64,000 nt of DNA, from positions 126,294,001-126,358,000 of the forward strand of contig OX597820.1 of the NCBI GenBank assembly GCA_951406725.2. Reading direction: 5' to 3'. The notes under the pieces were generated by a model. That model was not told the DNA's origin. It ran no database searches and saw nothing but the letters and a program-made list of their open reading frames with translations. Made by a program: the position numbers and the translations under genes. This DNA comes from Octopus vulgaris (lineage: Eukaryota). Shown here in pieces: positions 40,785 through 56,168 of the stretch; the first letter of the stretch is position 1; the number at the start of each line of letters is the position of its first letter.

Positions 40785-41200
40785 TAATTATTCAGTAAAG
40801 GATGAAGCTAGTTGTCTACAACTAGCTTCATCTTCAGATCTCCATATAGATTAAACACAGATGCACACATAAATTAAATACAGATGTAACTATAGAGTAT
40901 ATACAGATGTCCTCATATAATAAATTAGCTACTTAATTACGTAATTGGCTTTTTAAAAAAAATCAGTGGTAAAACAAGACACCCGCTGAAACCTCGATCT
41001 GGATTCTATCCACATTTGAACACAATTACATCTCCTTTATGTTCTTGGGAATTTCTTGAAGGAAACATGATTCTACTGAGGAGAAATCGTCCGTATAAAC
41101 TGACCCTGACAAGAGTGGTGGTGTGGTGGTTTGAATTCTGTGAGTGGTATTACATTGTGTTTGAGCTAATAAAAACATTTTACTAAATGTGGTGGAGGAT

Positions 41201-41545
41201 CTCCGTCGCTCGACGACGAGGATTCAGTTGTTCGCTCAACTGAATTATCTGCTCCTGAATTAACTTGTATATGACTGAGTGTGCCATAGACCGTGAATCC
41301 TTAACGTTATTCTCAGGTAGAATCAGAATGATGTATTTTAAAAAACTGCAGCTGTCTTAAATTACAGGTACAAGCCAACAAGACGGGCTTCCATGCAGTT
41401 TCTATCTACCCAATTCCACTCGCAAAATATGGGTTGACCCACGGCAATACAAAAGGACATTTGTGCTAGATCCTATATAACAGAATCGAACCTGGGACCT
41501 TGTGGATGTGATGCGGACTTCTTAACCATTTAACCATACTGCGCT
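41201..41545 (-). mobile_element. Old SINE: family C-type head + tail 1
   Basis: Minus strand: gcgcagtatggtt..tggttaag...ggttcgattc...gagtggaatt.ggtaga.agaaactg..ggaagcccgtc. It continues as tgtacctgtaattt...gagaataacgttaagg...cctcgtcgtcgagcgacggag. Confidence 0.7.
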
Positions 41546-42400
41546 CATAAAGCTAAAAATACTCGGCTGTAATAAAAATCTTAAATGAGCCATTTTTATA
41601 AACAATGAGGTATTGCCATATCATTTCTACGTTCAGTTCTTCCCTCCTGAAAACTTACCCAATCTCTTGTCCGGAGATTGATTCGATAAAAGGATTAGCT
41701 TTCTAAAACATATTAAGTTTTTGGGGGTCAAACAAACAAATAGCACGAATGCTTATTTATCAGCATTTTGCATCCAAATCAGACTGGTGTCGATTTTACA
41801 TTTCATCTGCTCAAACTACTATGGGTAAATACTAATTTCTAACATTTGGAGGCGTGGCAGTCGAACCTAGTAAGTGACTGGATATGATCTATGGCCTATT
41901 TATATGCCGTAGAACGATGAATGGCAATGTTAGCCTCAGTGAGATTTGAACTCACAACCTAAAATGTAGCAGATAATATAATAAATTTTGCGCCTTGCTT
42001 TTAACGATTCTGCCAATCCACTCACTTAAGCAATTGACTATACCATTTTGCATTCCAACACTCTACCAAAATAAACATGACGACATAAATACATTATGCA
42101 GAAAATGTTCTGATGTATTTTTAACTATCCACACCTTGTTCAAAAGAGATTCATCTTGGTTTCTCAGACAGCAAGGCAGCACATCCTATTGAACGTAGCT
42201 GTGTCATAGAATGAATGGATAGAGAATGTCCAAGAGATGAAGAAAACTAGATGCTGAGAGATGGTGGTGGACTGTCAAAAGACGGGTGGAAGAACAGGTG
42301 CTTGCCCTTGAAGACGGGCAGTCGAGAATTCGCAAGTCGTTCCCCGATTAAAGTTTAAAGAGCCAAGGGCATTACAAGAATAAGCAGAGGAACTATCAAG

Positions 42401-42870
<470 letters not shown>

Positions 42871-42904
42871 CCGCCTTCGCATTTTTGCCTGTCAATGTGA
42901 ACTG

Positions 42905-42949
<45 letters not shown>

Positions 42950-43259
42950 CATACACACACTCATTCAGACTCAAGAACAAACAAATGAACACACATAGAT
43001 ATATCTATGTATGTATATATAAATACACATGCAAACATACATACATGTGCATATATATATATATACACACATATATATATACATAAGTGTGTATGTGTGA
43101 AGGTAGATAAGCATGCATGCATATATATCTATATATTTATATATAGCTATATATACATATATACTTGACCATATATAAGTTATATATACGTAAGTTATAT
43201 ATATAAGTTATATGTAAGTTATATACACACACATACATATATACATATAAATGCGCACA

Positions 43260-43294
<35 letters not shown>

Positions 43295-43342
43295 TGATTT
43301 TTTATTATATATATATATATACACACAACACATATACACACG

Positions 43343-43391
<49 letters not shown>

Positions 43392-44060
43392 TATAGAGAG
43401 AGAGAGAGAGAGAGAGAGGTGTTGGTATATATGTCTGTGTTCGTTCAATAAATGTACTGTGTATTGTATTTGTATTGGCGAGTGTATGAAAAACAACATT
43501 CAATAACAGCAGAATTAACAGACAGCTTTACTTTCTTCCTTTATCTATTTTTTTGTTTTATTATCTACTGACTTACAAAAATACAATACCTGAATATAAA
43601 GAAATTCTTGAATGAAATGCTAATTACAAATCTTTACGTAGAAATTTTGGCAGGCAACTCTAAAATGTGGGTAAGTAGTGAGAAAATGTGTTTGTCTTCT
43701 TCGAAAACACTGATGTTTGTTGTAAACCACTCTCAAATATCTTCTAATAAAAGTCTAACATTAACTGGATATCGTTGCCGATAGCAATAGAATTACTATG
43801 AGGTTTTTGCGGGCTTTTTTTTTTGTAGGTATTTATTTTATTTTTGTTGTTGTTGATGTTGTTTTTGTTGCTTTTGTTGTTTTACTTCTCAGAGCTCCTG
43901 ATCTCACTTTCTCCGGTTACTTCTTTGAAAGCAGACAGCAACCTGTTGTCAAAGGTCTCACAGGGTCCCTTAGGATCTCTTTCCACGAATTATAAGCGTT
44001 CGTACCTAGATGCTAAATATTGTAGAAGATGCTTAACACCCTATATTATTATTATTTATT

Positions 44061-45715
44061 CTGCGGAGACTCGGATATTGAAAGCTGAACACGTCCTTCT
44101 CGGCGCATCAAGCTTTCAGAGAACAGCTTAGCAAGTTAGTCCAGAAAGTTGACTGGTGCAATCGTCATGAAGTGATGGTGGGGGCCCCCAAAACGGGCGA
44201 TTAGAGTAGAAGCTGTAAAATTTAGCAGAGAACTAGTAATAGAGAAGATTAGAGTAGGGGGAGATCTAGTTAGGAAATTAGAATAGGCACTTAGTAGAGG
44301 CATAGAAACCGACATGCTGACAGCGAGCTTGGCTCTGAACCAATTCTTCAGCACCAAGTATGAAGGTTGCACTGTCAGAGCTAGGGTGCGTGTTCTAAAG
44401 GAGGTGGGAACGAAAGATGTTCGATGGGCCCGGGTGGCCGAGGCGCAATGTGGTAATAAAACTGCAATTTCAGTCATTGGCGGAGTAAGGACGGGCACAT
44501 GCTACACGAGTCGAAGCCTGGCTGTCATCCCTTGCCCCGCTTCTTGGCTGAACAGGCTGGGGCATTTGCTCTTTCGCTTCCTGTAGAAGAGACATGTGCC
44601 GCTTGTCAGACGGTCCATTTGTTGTCAGCACCCTTTGCGCGGACGACTAGGCAAGCGCTGAGGCTGCGATATCCCCAGCGAATCCTTAACGGTTGGCAGG
44701 TGTGGCTGCCGTTTGTTGATTGCGCTTTTCCGCAGCTCGTCTCCTTGACGGAGGTAGTCCTGAATCAGGTGTAGACCGAGGTAGGGCACTTGGCACCTAG
44801 AGTGTCTCCAAGTGCTCACAGCTCTCGGCCAGTCGGGCAATGCGGACGGTGGAAGTTCCACCTTGGAGTTCTATAGAGTATTAGTAGAGGGCAAGAGCAT
44901 ACTCGGAAACGTCCTGGGCGTCGAGAGCGATCAAACGGAGGATTTTCGGACAGGGAATGATTGATAACTCCCATAAATCCCCGTCCTGACTGTGCTACCG
45001 GGTGTTCGCTGCCAGTTCGAGTTAAGCTCTACAGGCACGAGTGTGTAGTCAATTGGTTTTAACCAAGATGCACGCGGAACAATGAAACAGTTCTGCATGT
45101 TCTCTTACAGTGCCCGCTCATTGCTGACTTGTGGAGCTTTGTCTAACAGTTATTGACACATGTAGGACGGATCTGGCTATCCTCTGAGTCCGTTGTGAAG
45201 ATCGCCCTTTAGCCGGAAGGAGACGGCAATTTTTTCTGTCTGGTGGCTGTAGCAAAAGAGGTTGTGTGGACGCGATTGAAAAGGTTGAAGACGAGTACCT
45301 TCCTCTCTAGCCAAGGCCTCTTTGACTTTTTCAGGTTCCACCTGAAAAAGAAAGTGAGGTTGGAGAGGGAGATATTGTCGCTCAATAAGTTCGTTGAAAG
45401 GTGGGTGAATGTGGAAAAAATAGGCCACGTGAATGGGCCTGCTCTAAGTGTGTGCCTGTAGGCCGGATGGAAGAGAGAAGAGAGGGTGTCTTCCTGAGGA
45501 GCCCTTGGTGTTATAAGGCCCAAAGGACGTGAGGTCCCTTTGGTCACCTTAAGCTTTAACTCCCTCAGCCCCTATTGGGGAAGCATATTGTTGATTTTAT
45601 GTCTTTGTTAATCATTGTGTTTGTTGGCTGTTAACACGTTTCACCTCGCTGTCTCTCGGCTGTGTATCGTCCTCTGTTTTGCGTTCGGCCCTGGTGGCCA
45701 ATAACGGACTATTGT
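44061..45715 (+). mobile_element. L1/Tx1-clade LINE remnant with internal deletion of the RT core
   Basis: GY*KLNTS (44073-), EGCTVRARVR linker, ALRLRY..R.L....W, zinc knuckle PRCTRNNETVLHVLLQCP (~45063-45116), and C-terminus KEVVWTRLK...FHLKKKVRLERE...FVERW. Confidence 0.82.
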
Positions 45716-45743
45716 CATCATTTCTTCTTTATCATCATCATCC

Positions 45744-45847
<104 letters not shown>

Positions 45848-45848
45848 A

Positions 45849-46060
45849 GCGTGGTGGCAGAATCGTTAGAGCGCCAGACAAAATACTTAGCTGCATTTTC
45901 GTCGGTTTTTACGTTCTGAGTTCAAATTCTGCCGAGGTCAATTTTGCCTTCATCCTTTGGGGAATTGATAAAGTAAGTACCAGTTGAGTACTGGGGTCGA
46001 TGGAATCGATTTAACCCCTACCCCGAAACTACTGGTCTTGTGCCAAAATGTAAAAAAATC
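45849..46060 (+). mobile_element. Family M SINE inside an (ATC)/(ATT) microsatellite
   Basis: tggcagaatcgttag...gagttcaaattc.gccgaggtcaattttgcctt.catcc...taagtaccag. Further minus-strand copies lie at 41835-42025, 47098-47265 and 62660-62850; a plus copy at 35667-35865. Confidence 0.85.
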
Positions 46061-46100
<40 letters not shown>

Positions 46101-46102
46101 TG

Positions 46103-46175
<73 letters not shown>

Positions 46176-46455
46176 TTACTTCCACCTTGGCGTGATTTGT
46201 CTGTTTGTCTGTGGTCAAGATCTCTCAAGAACCGCTGGATGGATCAAATGAAAGTTTCTGGCCTTGTGACTGGCACGAACTGATTAGATTTGGGGATCGA
46301 TCCGGTGCCGGACAAGGATTCAGGATTATTTTTGTTATATTTACTTCACTTTCCATGAAGTATTGCAATCTTACATTCTTTGAAGTCGTTCTCTGATTAT
46401 CTCCCTTGAAAGCATGCTTATAGTTTCCACGTAAGCTATGGTGGCGTTGCTGTTT
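46176..46455 (+). mobile_element. HINE/DINE-1-like element, copy 2
   Basis: tttgtctgtttgtctgtgg.caagat.tctcaagaacc.ctggatggat...gcacgaactgattagattt..gatcgatccggt matches the reverse complement of 22175-22300. Confidence 0.6.
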
Positions 46456-46483
46456 CCAAAGTTTTATTTTCTTTTCTCAATCA

Positions 46484-46997
46484 CACTGGTCTGCATTTGG
46501 AAATTTTCTTTATATATTTCTATTCGTGGATGTGATGTTACATATTCTTGGGTTGCTGATTTTAAATATCTAAACCATTTTGCTCTGTAACATAAGAATG
46601 TTGAATAAAATACAAATTAATGATAATAAAAAATGTGAATTTTTAATAAATTGTTACTTTATTAAAAGCAAGTAATCAAGGAAAAGCACATTCTGTTAAT
46701 TTTAAGAATATGGGTTTTCCAAATCAACATGAAATGAATCAGAATTATCATCATCAAACAAAATGAATGTAAAAAATATGCTCTTAATGATTAGCCTCCA
46801 TATTGATTCAAAGGAAAGAGGACCCTTTTGATTTCCACTAGTGTTGTGCATCGGGACCATCACATTTCAATGACCAGTAGTAATCCACCATCAGGCTGAC
46901 ATTCCATTTACTCTGGTATCGAGTTTCCACGGAACAAATGTCTTGATGGAACCGCTTTTCTTGTTCCTCACTGTAGTCCCCACAATTCTTGAGAAAA
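46484..46997 (-). mobile_element. CMC-Chapaev3-type transposon 3' end with transposase C-terminus
   Basis: NCGDYSEEQEKRFHQDI..VETRYQSKWN..LMVDYYWSL matches the SEEQGERFHQD...RYQG.W...MADYCW motif. Terminus CACTGG at 46484. Confidence 0.8.
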
Positions 46998-47025
46998 GAT
47001 GCGAGTGCAAATAATAATAATAATG

Positions 47026-47069
<44 letters not shown>

Positions 47070-47944
47070 TGTAATAATAACGATGATGATGATGATGATT
47101 TCAAATTTTGGCGCAAGGCCAGCAATTTCAGGGCGGCGGGGGCAAGTCGATTACATCGACCCCAGTTCTTGACTGGTATTTTTTTATCGACTCGGAAAGG
47201 ATGGAAAGGAAAGTCAACTACGGCAGAATTTGAACTCAAAGCATAAAGACGGACGAAATTCCAATAAGAATGAAGGATGGGTGGCTGCTTTCAATGACAA
47301 CTTGCTCTCCTGACCAAGGTCCCAGATGAGCTTACATCACGGCAAGAAACTCAAAACAGTTTCTCCATCACTCCCTCTGTCACCAAAATCCAACCATGTA
47401 AGAATGGTCATTGAAAAGGTGATTATACAGGCAGTGCCCCAGCATGACCGCAGAATTTGGGCTGAAATACATAAAAAAGAATATATACATACTTTTATCG
47501 ATTTGATTTGCAAAAGTCTTGATGTGAAATTGTGTGTTCAAAGTGATATTGTTATACTTGGGGACGGTCATATTTTATCACTTGAGCACACGCAGTAAAT
47601 GTCTGGACTTTTCTTAACTTTATTATTATTCTTTTAGTTTTCTTGTCAAAGTGTTTTCGTCACATTCTGTGACCACTTCAGCAATTCTCTATCCCACGTG
47701 TCTCCTTTTGTTCTGCTTATTCCATTTTAAATATATATATTCATATCATTTTTAATCTATGGACAATGAATTTTAGTACTATGATATGTGTTCGGTAAAG
47801 AGACCTCATAAATGCAATTTTTATGCTCGACTCATATTTCAAAGATAAAAATTAATAAAATGAATAAGGGGAGAGGAAATAAATCTGAGTAATATCAAAT
47901 ATCAAATTAATTCGGCGTTTTATCACGAGGAAATTTGTAGATAG

Positions 47945-47975
<31 letters not shown>

Positions 47976-48054
47976 GATAGATAAATAGACAGACAGACAG
48001 ATATAGATAGATAGATAGGTAGATAGATAGATAGATAAATAGATAGATAAATAA

Positions 48055-48139
<85 letters not shown>

Positions 48140-48231
48140 CATAGATAGATAGATAGATGCATGTATCTATATACATATGTATGTGTGTGTGTCTGTATAC
48201 ACAAGTAAATACACACACACATATGTACATT

Positions 48232-48340
<109 letters not shown>

Positions 48341-48628
48341 TTATATGTATATACATGTATAAAAAATATATATGTATGTAATACATTTATATGTATATAC
48401 ATGTATAAAAAATATATATGTATGTAATGTATGTGTATGTATGTAGGCATGTACGTATGTATATTATGAATTCATTTTATCAAAAACTAGTTTCTTGAAT
48501 CATAGTCCCCAGCTCCATCCTATCAATTTTTCGAACGATTGAAGTAGTGGAACAATACAATAGCATATAAAGATAAATATCTACAAGTATAAAGGGGGCA
48601 CATTAGTCAATAGTACATATATGTTTGA

Positions 48629-48752
48629 TTGTTGTTGTTTGTTCCTTCTCCAGGCATGCTTGGCTCATAAGGGCCGGTTTCCCGGTTTCATGGGCTTATA
48701 GGTTTCCCACCTGGGCGGGACACCGATCCGTCGCAGGCGAGCTGCTAGATGC
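48629..48752 (-). mobile_element. SINE tail 2 fragment
   Basis: Reverse complement of 20280-20399 (tggctcataagggccggtttcccggtttcat...cccacctgg.cggga). Confidence 0.8.
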
Positions 48753-48822
48753 CGAACAGACCTTTTTTGTTGGTCATTGCTGCATTTTTGCTAACTCTGT
48801 CTAATCTTTGTTTCAGAAAATA

Positions 48823-49842
48823 ATGATGGCAAACTCTCAGCTTACCCAAGAAATGAAGAGGCATGCTGTTATTGTGGTTATAAAGGCTGAGCACAGCGAT
48901 TTAGAAATATCTCGATTTTTAAAAGTTAGCAGATATTTCATCTACAAGCTAGAGACTGAAGATGGAAGCGTATCGCCGATATCAAAGTATAGAAAGCATT
49001 GTAAACGCTCTGAAATCATCAGAACACCTGAATTTATTCCAACAATTTAAACAGATCATTGATTATAATCCCAGAAAGTCCATGACGTTAATTGCAAAAG
49101 ATTTCCATGTGTTAGAAGAAACAGTCAGAAATGTTGTTCACGAAGACATCAGATATGTCTTATAAGATGACGAAAGGTCAATTTGTCAGAAAAAGCAAAA
49201 GAAAGTCACTACATCAGATCTAAAAGGCTCTTAAACAAACTGAAAAATCCAGCAGAAGATTTGATTTGGTTTTTCTCAAACGAGAAAAATTTCGACCATG
49301 ATCAAAAAGAAGAAATGACAGATGGTTATGTGCCAACCCTTCTGAAGTTCCAGGTGTTATGCATACAAACTTTCCTGCAACTGTCATGGTTTTAGGGGTT
49401 GACAGCAATGAAGGACAATTGATGCCTCCTTACTTCTTTCCACAAGGCCTTAGAGTTAACACTACCGTCTACATTGAGGGCCTGGAAATAATTGTTAAGG
49501 CCTGTATAGACAATGTATGTAGTAGAAGGCCATATATGTTTCAGTAAGACTCGGCACTATCACACATGGCTCTAGTAACAGAGGAATGGATGGTTGAAAA
49601 TTTTCATGATCCCATAACCCCAAACATTTGACCTCCCCAGCTCTCAATCCATTGGACTATTACATGTGGAGCATTGTTGAGAAAGAAGTCAGTTAACACG
49701 CCCATAACACCCAAAATTCTTTGGAAGCTTCCATAGTCAGATTAATGTCCAAAATGAACCAGGACCACTTGATTCGTGCATGTAGATGATTTAGTTCTCA
49801 TATAGAAGCAGTTGTTGAAGCTGAAGGTGGCTTTATTGATAA
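48823..49842 (+). pseudogene. Tc1/mariner DD37D (maT) transposase pseudogene
   Basis: HTH region, WFFSNEKNF, VMVLGV.SNEG..MPP.FF, FQ*DSALSH, I*PP...LNPLDYYMW, IEAVVEAEGGFI. Spacing restores to D(37)D. Right terminus ...cgccctg|TA at 49972; left TIR not confidently found. Confidence 0.9.
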
Positions 49843-52644
49843 CATTATAGAAAAGAAGGTTTATTTTTATCCTCATAACAGTTTTTGATAAATAAAGTTA
49901 TTATCTGTTATTATATGTTTTTTTTATTTATATATAAACGTAAATCTGTCCTCAAATATCTTACGCGCCCTGTATATGTGAACGTTTATCTAAGCAATAT
50001 TAATGAGCAGAATATGTTATGTCTTTATTTAATCACTTTCGAAAATGCATGCGTTTCATGTGTTCTGCATGATGTGTGAAAAATACACGCAAGCAAGAAA
50101 AGAGGATATAGTTAACGAAATTTCTTTGTAATTGATTAAATATCTATTTATGCATTACCATTCAGATAAGGTAAGTCTATGTAGGAAACAATAATTTGTG
50201 ATGGAAATTTGTGAAAAAGTGCCGGTAAAAGTATTCACTTATTCCGACTGTTCTGGTCAAACTAGCAACAATCTTTTAAAGAATCTTATTCGGAAGATTA
50301 GGACAATGGTCGCTAAAACGATTTTTATAAAATCGACAAACCGATTTTATAATTCGTAACTCTTAAACTGCGAAATTAAAATTCGTAGTTATTCCAGTAA
50401 TGATGTTAAATATCTACCAAAAAAATAGAATTGTTATTTTCAGCAAGTTATGTTGTATCAACAAACTTGACATATCTCGGCAAAAAATAGTTCCAGCAAC
50501 AAATTCCTCAGCAAAAGGTAGAGAGTCGATAAAACTGCTTTCTGCAGTTAAGTGTAGTGGATATATCAGAAATCCTCAGTAAAACGTTTTCACCCTCTAA
50601 ACTCCAAATGAACATCAGTTGCAAAGCGGTGTAACACCTTCCCAGGCGCCTAAATGTATACATTTCTTCTGAAAATTTTGTGTTAAAGGGACTTCCAGCT
50701 AACGTTACGTAACTTTTTGTTTCACTGCTGTCTGCAAGTGTGATTTTAACACAATGAACAAATAAAAAAAATACTGCAGCAGGCAAGTTTCTTAGAATTA
50801 CACAGAGAAGAAGAGTTCTGCGTAATCGTACCCGGACGATTTTTCTTGTATGTATTGGAAGTAGCGATCGATTTTTTTTTATGCAACTGTAAAATGCCTA
50901 AGCACGTTTTGTTAAATGTTCCGTGAAATTCATAGTATTCGGAGGAAAATGCTTACTTTTGAGATTTAGCAAATTTGGACTGCATAGTTATTCAAAAAAA
51001 GTGAAAATTTCTATCTACAACTAGCACAACCTTCAGATCTCCATATAGATTACATACAGATGTACGCATAATTAAGTGCAGATGTATAGAGTATAAACAG
51101 ATCTAAACTACAGAAAGGTTTATACCATATGAAATTTTGTTGTTTTTTCTACATATTAATATTAATCTTTTTCTATATGTAATGTAAAATATATTTGAAG
51201 TTACTGACTTTTAATTACGATAATGAACAACTTTATGCAACCTTCTTCTCTCCCTTTATGGAATAACAATTTTTGTTTGTTGCATTATCAAGGTATTCAG
51301 TAATATCAATATTAAATACCTTTCAAGATTAATGCTATTTGATAAAATAAAGTTATATCCGTCTATAGCTAAATACCATGTTAATATTTGCCCTCTCGGA
51401 GGTGTTTATCATCCTAAATTAGCAGCTTATCGAGTTAAGGTTTCCCCTTACAGATAACAATGAAACAAAAAGCGATGAGGGTGTGAGCGTGTTTGTGTGT
51501 GTGCGTGTGTGTGGTATGTGTGTATGCATGCGCGTGTGTGCCTGTATGTGGGTAGGTAGATGAGTGGCTTGTTCTTGTGTGCACGCTGGATTTTAATGTA
51601 TATCAAATTAATTCGTGCATCATGTACAACATTCAACATGATATTTATGAATACTGCGGCGTAAAATAAAATAGACAGAAATATTTGATTTTACTTTATC
51701 TGCGCTCATTGAAGGAGATATTTAGTGCAAAGAACAAAATTTAACTTTATAAGATGTCCTACATATAACCCCAGGTTAATCCTGATCGAACAGCGGCTTT
51801 CACCATTTCGTTCTTTACAAGTAGAATATTACACACACGTACACACAACTATTTTATCTATTAAAAGGGTAAGAAATGACGTGAGAGAGAATTAGTTACT
51901 ATTTTTAACAATTGAACAAACTACATATCGATATATATCCAGACATAAACTATCCGTTTAGTATTTTGTTACGTTCTTTTACAGTTTGATGTCAAATGCT
52001 GGCTAGCTCAGTCTGCCTTTCATCTATCCAGAATCGATAAGGTGTGATCCATTGGAAATATGTCTGCAGATGCCTGACCAGCAAGGGGAAGCGGCTGACC
52101 TTCCCTGTTCGAAGATTATAATGGACATAGGTTCGTGTGTTATATAGCTAGCTAGAGGCGATGGCCTCTTGGAGCTAATCAACGGCAGCTTTCGTCCTAT
52201 ATTTATGGACTGCCATATTAGCTTGACTATCTGGGACCGAGTGCCTTAGAAAACATTATCGTTGTTCTCAATGTTGTTGTTTGTGATCAATTTTATATCG
52301 ATGATCAATCTTAAAACCATTTCTACAAAAGTAAGGGAGACCTACAGCAGTGCGATGACTCTCACATCTAGAGCGATGTTATTACTGCTCACGTTCTCAT
52401 CAGAGACAGCACCCGGAAAAAGTTCACTTGACTGATTAGTACGAAGTAACTCTCACCCACGATCCGCCCTCTGACCCAAAGGTGTCTCCTCTCTCTACCT
52501 TTCCACTTCTGATATAAATGCTTCTGCACCATGGGGTTGGTTGGACTAGTGACCCTTCTGCTCAGATACTACAGTCTTACTCGTGATTCTTCTTTCCTCC
52601 ACGCTATGTCCACAGGCACACATGCACACACACATACACACGTA

Positions 52645-52701
<57 letters not shown>

Positions 52702-52716
52702 GTATATATATATATG

Positions 52717-52749
<33 letters not shown>

Positions 52750-52981
52750 ACATAATATATACATATGTGTGCGTGTGTGTGTATGTTTGTTTTTTGATAT
52801 TTCGCTTTGGGGTTGCAAAACTATTGACTTAGTGTAGAACTCAATACATGTATGCTTCAAAATAAAGCTTTGAGCGGTAATAAGAAAAAGTGATAACACA
52901 AGAAAAACTTCATGAATATGTTATGAAGTTCATAGTATAAACATCGCTTTTCCTGTCATCTCTTTTTCTTATAGATATATG

Positions 52982-53039
<58 letters not shown>

Positions 53040-53200
53040 AGGAGAGCTTACGGAAAAAAACAAAAGACGAAAACAGGTGGTGTACAAAACAAACAGATGT
53101 ATTAGTATAACGCTCAGGAATAGAAAAAGTCTTTTGCGTTTCGAGCCTACGCTCTTCTACAGAAAGGGACACAGAAAAAACAAGGAGAGAAACAAGGAGA
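53040..53200 (-). mobile_element. Penelope-like terminal-repeat remnant with hammerhead variant
   Basis: Minus strand cttt-CTGTAGA-A-GAGC-gtag-GCTC-GAAAC-GCA-aaag (53131-53166). Helices I and II pair, but the core is altered (A6>U, U16.1>C). Confidence 0.55.
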
Positions 53201-54359
53201 GAAAAATGTGGCTAATGTATGTATGTATGTATGTATATCAATATCAATAATTCAGTGATTGTTTCTTGTCAGGAACAAAAAGATTTATAGGACTGCTATA
53301 GAAGTGCTCTATTGAAAGAGACAAATATATCAAACTAAAGTTATTGAAGAAACAAATGTTTTTAAAAAATGTATTTTTCTGAATCGCTAAAGTATTAACT
53401 CTAAACTGTGATGAAAAATTTTTTTTCTCGCACCTTATTATTATTATTATATGCTTGTATGCTTGTACAGATGAATTATGTTCCATCTTGCGGGATGTTT
53501 ATATGTATATTCTATGATTAAATGTTCGAATTATAAAATGCTATGCGGATGACCTTGCATTTGTTTGTTCTATAACTTTAGTTTGGTATGTATGTATGTA
53601 TATATATATATATATATATATGGAGAGAAAGATACATATAGACATACATACATACATACATACATACATACATACATACATACATACATACATACATGCA
53701 TGCATGCATTTATGTGTGCGTATGCGTGTGCACATAAATCTTAGGCACAATGGGGTAAAGTTTTAAAAACTAATACGAATTTCAAATTACCAACAACTGG
53801 CCACTTTCGGCACAAAAATATCTTAACAGTCTGAAGTTTTGGGCACCTTGCCACAGAGTCTTTGTTTGTTTTTGTTTTTTGTTTTTTCTTTCAATTTTAT
53901 CATTCTTATTTTTCTGTTAAATTTTGATGATTTATGAAACGAAGATTTCAAAATCTCAAAACCATATTTTCGTATTATACATAAAGAACATTCTTAACTA
54001 TTACTCCACACTCTTTTCTCTTTCACCATAACGAAAATACGTTGTATTTAGCTTAAAGCAAAATAAAAAATAAAAATTTCTAAAGATTTAAAGTAGTATA
54101 CATGTATTTTTTTATCAATGAAGGCTGATATAATAACCCTTTCAACATTGTTGTATTCTTGCCAGAACGGTTTTCAACTGCCATTCATAAGCAACATAGA
54201 GTTTTAATGATAATCAACAACGAAATGTAACAGACAACATTTAAACAATAAATACTTGAGGGACTTTGCTTTAATGCTGTTGTTTTATTATTCCTTTGTT
54301 TGTCCTGACTGAGCAAACCTACTCTTCATCTATTTGTTTGTTTTTATTATTTTTTTTTT

Positions 54360-54866
54360 TCATTTTCACTTGTTCTAATTATTGGACTAAGGTCATGCTG
54401 AGGCACCACCTAGAAGAGTTTAATCGAATAAATCGACCCCAGTTGTTATTTCTAAGTCTGCTACTTCTATCGGTCTCTTTTTCCGAGCCACTAAGTTATA
54501 AGGACATAAACAAACTAACACCGGTGCACTGATTGTCGAGAGGTGAGACTAGTAAAAATATACAGACACACACATACATATACATACATATATATACAGA
54601 CACGCATTAGTGTTTGTACTTGTCCTGCACCGTCGCTTGAAAGAGGCCCGTCGTATATATACATATATATGTGGGGTGGGGGTATGTTTGTGTATCCCAA
54701 CGTCACTTGACATCGATGCTGGTGTGTTTACGGCCCCGTAACTTAGTGCTTCGGCATAAGAGACCGATAGAATAAATACTAGGCTTCCAAAGAATAAGTC
54801 CTGGGGTCGATTTGATCTACTAAAGGCAGTGCAGTCAAAATTACTGAAACGAATAAAAAGAAAAGA

Positions 54867-54899
<33 letters not shown>

Positions 54900-54900
54900 G

Positions 54901-54977
<77 letters not shown>

Positions 54978-55300
54978 TACACATACATACATATGTGTGT
55001 CCAGGTATGTACGTATGCATGCATGCTTGCATGTATGCACGTATGTATGTATGCATGTGTGTATTATGTATCTATGTATTATGTACATATGTATGTCTTC
55101 GTGTTTGTGTTTGTTCCCTACGGTCGGTTGATACCGGCGTTGGTTTGTTTACGTCCCCGTAACTTAACCATTCGGCAAAAGTGACCAACAGAATAATCGC
55201 CAGGCTTTAAAAGTAAGCAGCTAGGACCGACTCCTTCGACTAACATCCTTCAAGGCAGTGACCCGACACGACTGCAGTTTAATGACTGAAATAAATAAAA
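54360..55300. mobile_element. Cluster of three partial family C SINEs (54360-54545 -, 54645-54865 +, 55095-55300 +)
   Basis: Family C tail motifs in both orientations around a (GATA)n array. Confidence 0.8.
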
Positions 55301-55818
55301 ATGATGCAACCATCCTCGGTTACAAAAAGACAATGAAAACCAAGTTTCTGAGCAAACTATATTCCAAACATTTCAGACTACTCTTGTAGATATTTTGATA
55401 CTTAAGTCGCAAAATATACTAAAATTACTTTATAGAGATATGTAGCAAGCCATCTTCGACTATTAAGTTCAATTTAATATCGGATAAATTAGGCGAGGAA
55501 CACGAATTACCAACAATAGATTCAGTGAACGTTGTCAAGTTTGTTATTTCGTATGACTTCAGCACATTAAAGTATCTACTTGTTATAAGTATCTTAACCT
55601 ATAAATTCTATTAGGCAAAGAATTGTATTTGTCTTTAATTATCTTATCAATAAATTCTCTTTGTCCTTTTCAAAAGAATAGAAAATACTGGGAGAATTCA
55701 TAATGTCTTCTTAAACATCGATTGTTCCAATAACTCCGAGGAGAATCATCGAGATTCCGTTTATAGTTAAGTCGTCGTCGTCGTCGGTGTCGTTGTTGCT
55801 GCTGCTGTTGCTGGTGCT

Positions 55819-56168
55819 GTTGTTGTTGAGCGAACGGTCTTCGTCCCAGAGCTCGCAAGATGGAAGAAGTCCGAAACGTGGTCCTTTGCTATTCGTAAGA
55901 CCCGCAGAAGAGAAAGCAGGTCAACCCCCGACACCGACAGCATCGACGGATGGATGAATGCGCATCCAGTCCCAGCAGTTGCGTAGGAAGTCGGGGACAA
56001 GAAACAGGAAGAAAGAGTGAGAGAAAGTTGGAGCGAAAGAGTACAACAGGGGTCGCCCCCCCCCCCTGCGGGAGCCTCGTGGGGCTTTAGGTGTTTTCGC
56101 TCAATAAACACACACACAACGCCCGGTCTGGGAATCGAAACCGCGATCCTCCGACCGCGAGTCCGCTG
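55819..56168 (-). mobile_element. tRNA-derived SINE, head B + tail 3
   Basis: Minus strand gcggactcgcggtc...gtttcgattcccagaccgggcgttgtg...ttattgagcgaaaacac, then a distinct tail cttgtccccgacttcctacgc...gaagaccgttcgct(caa)n. Confidence 0.85.

Noticed and set aside
52050-52560. Complex segment possibly from a LINE
   Set aside because: Only a vague LIWQ..IGR similarity; no ordered motifs.
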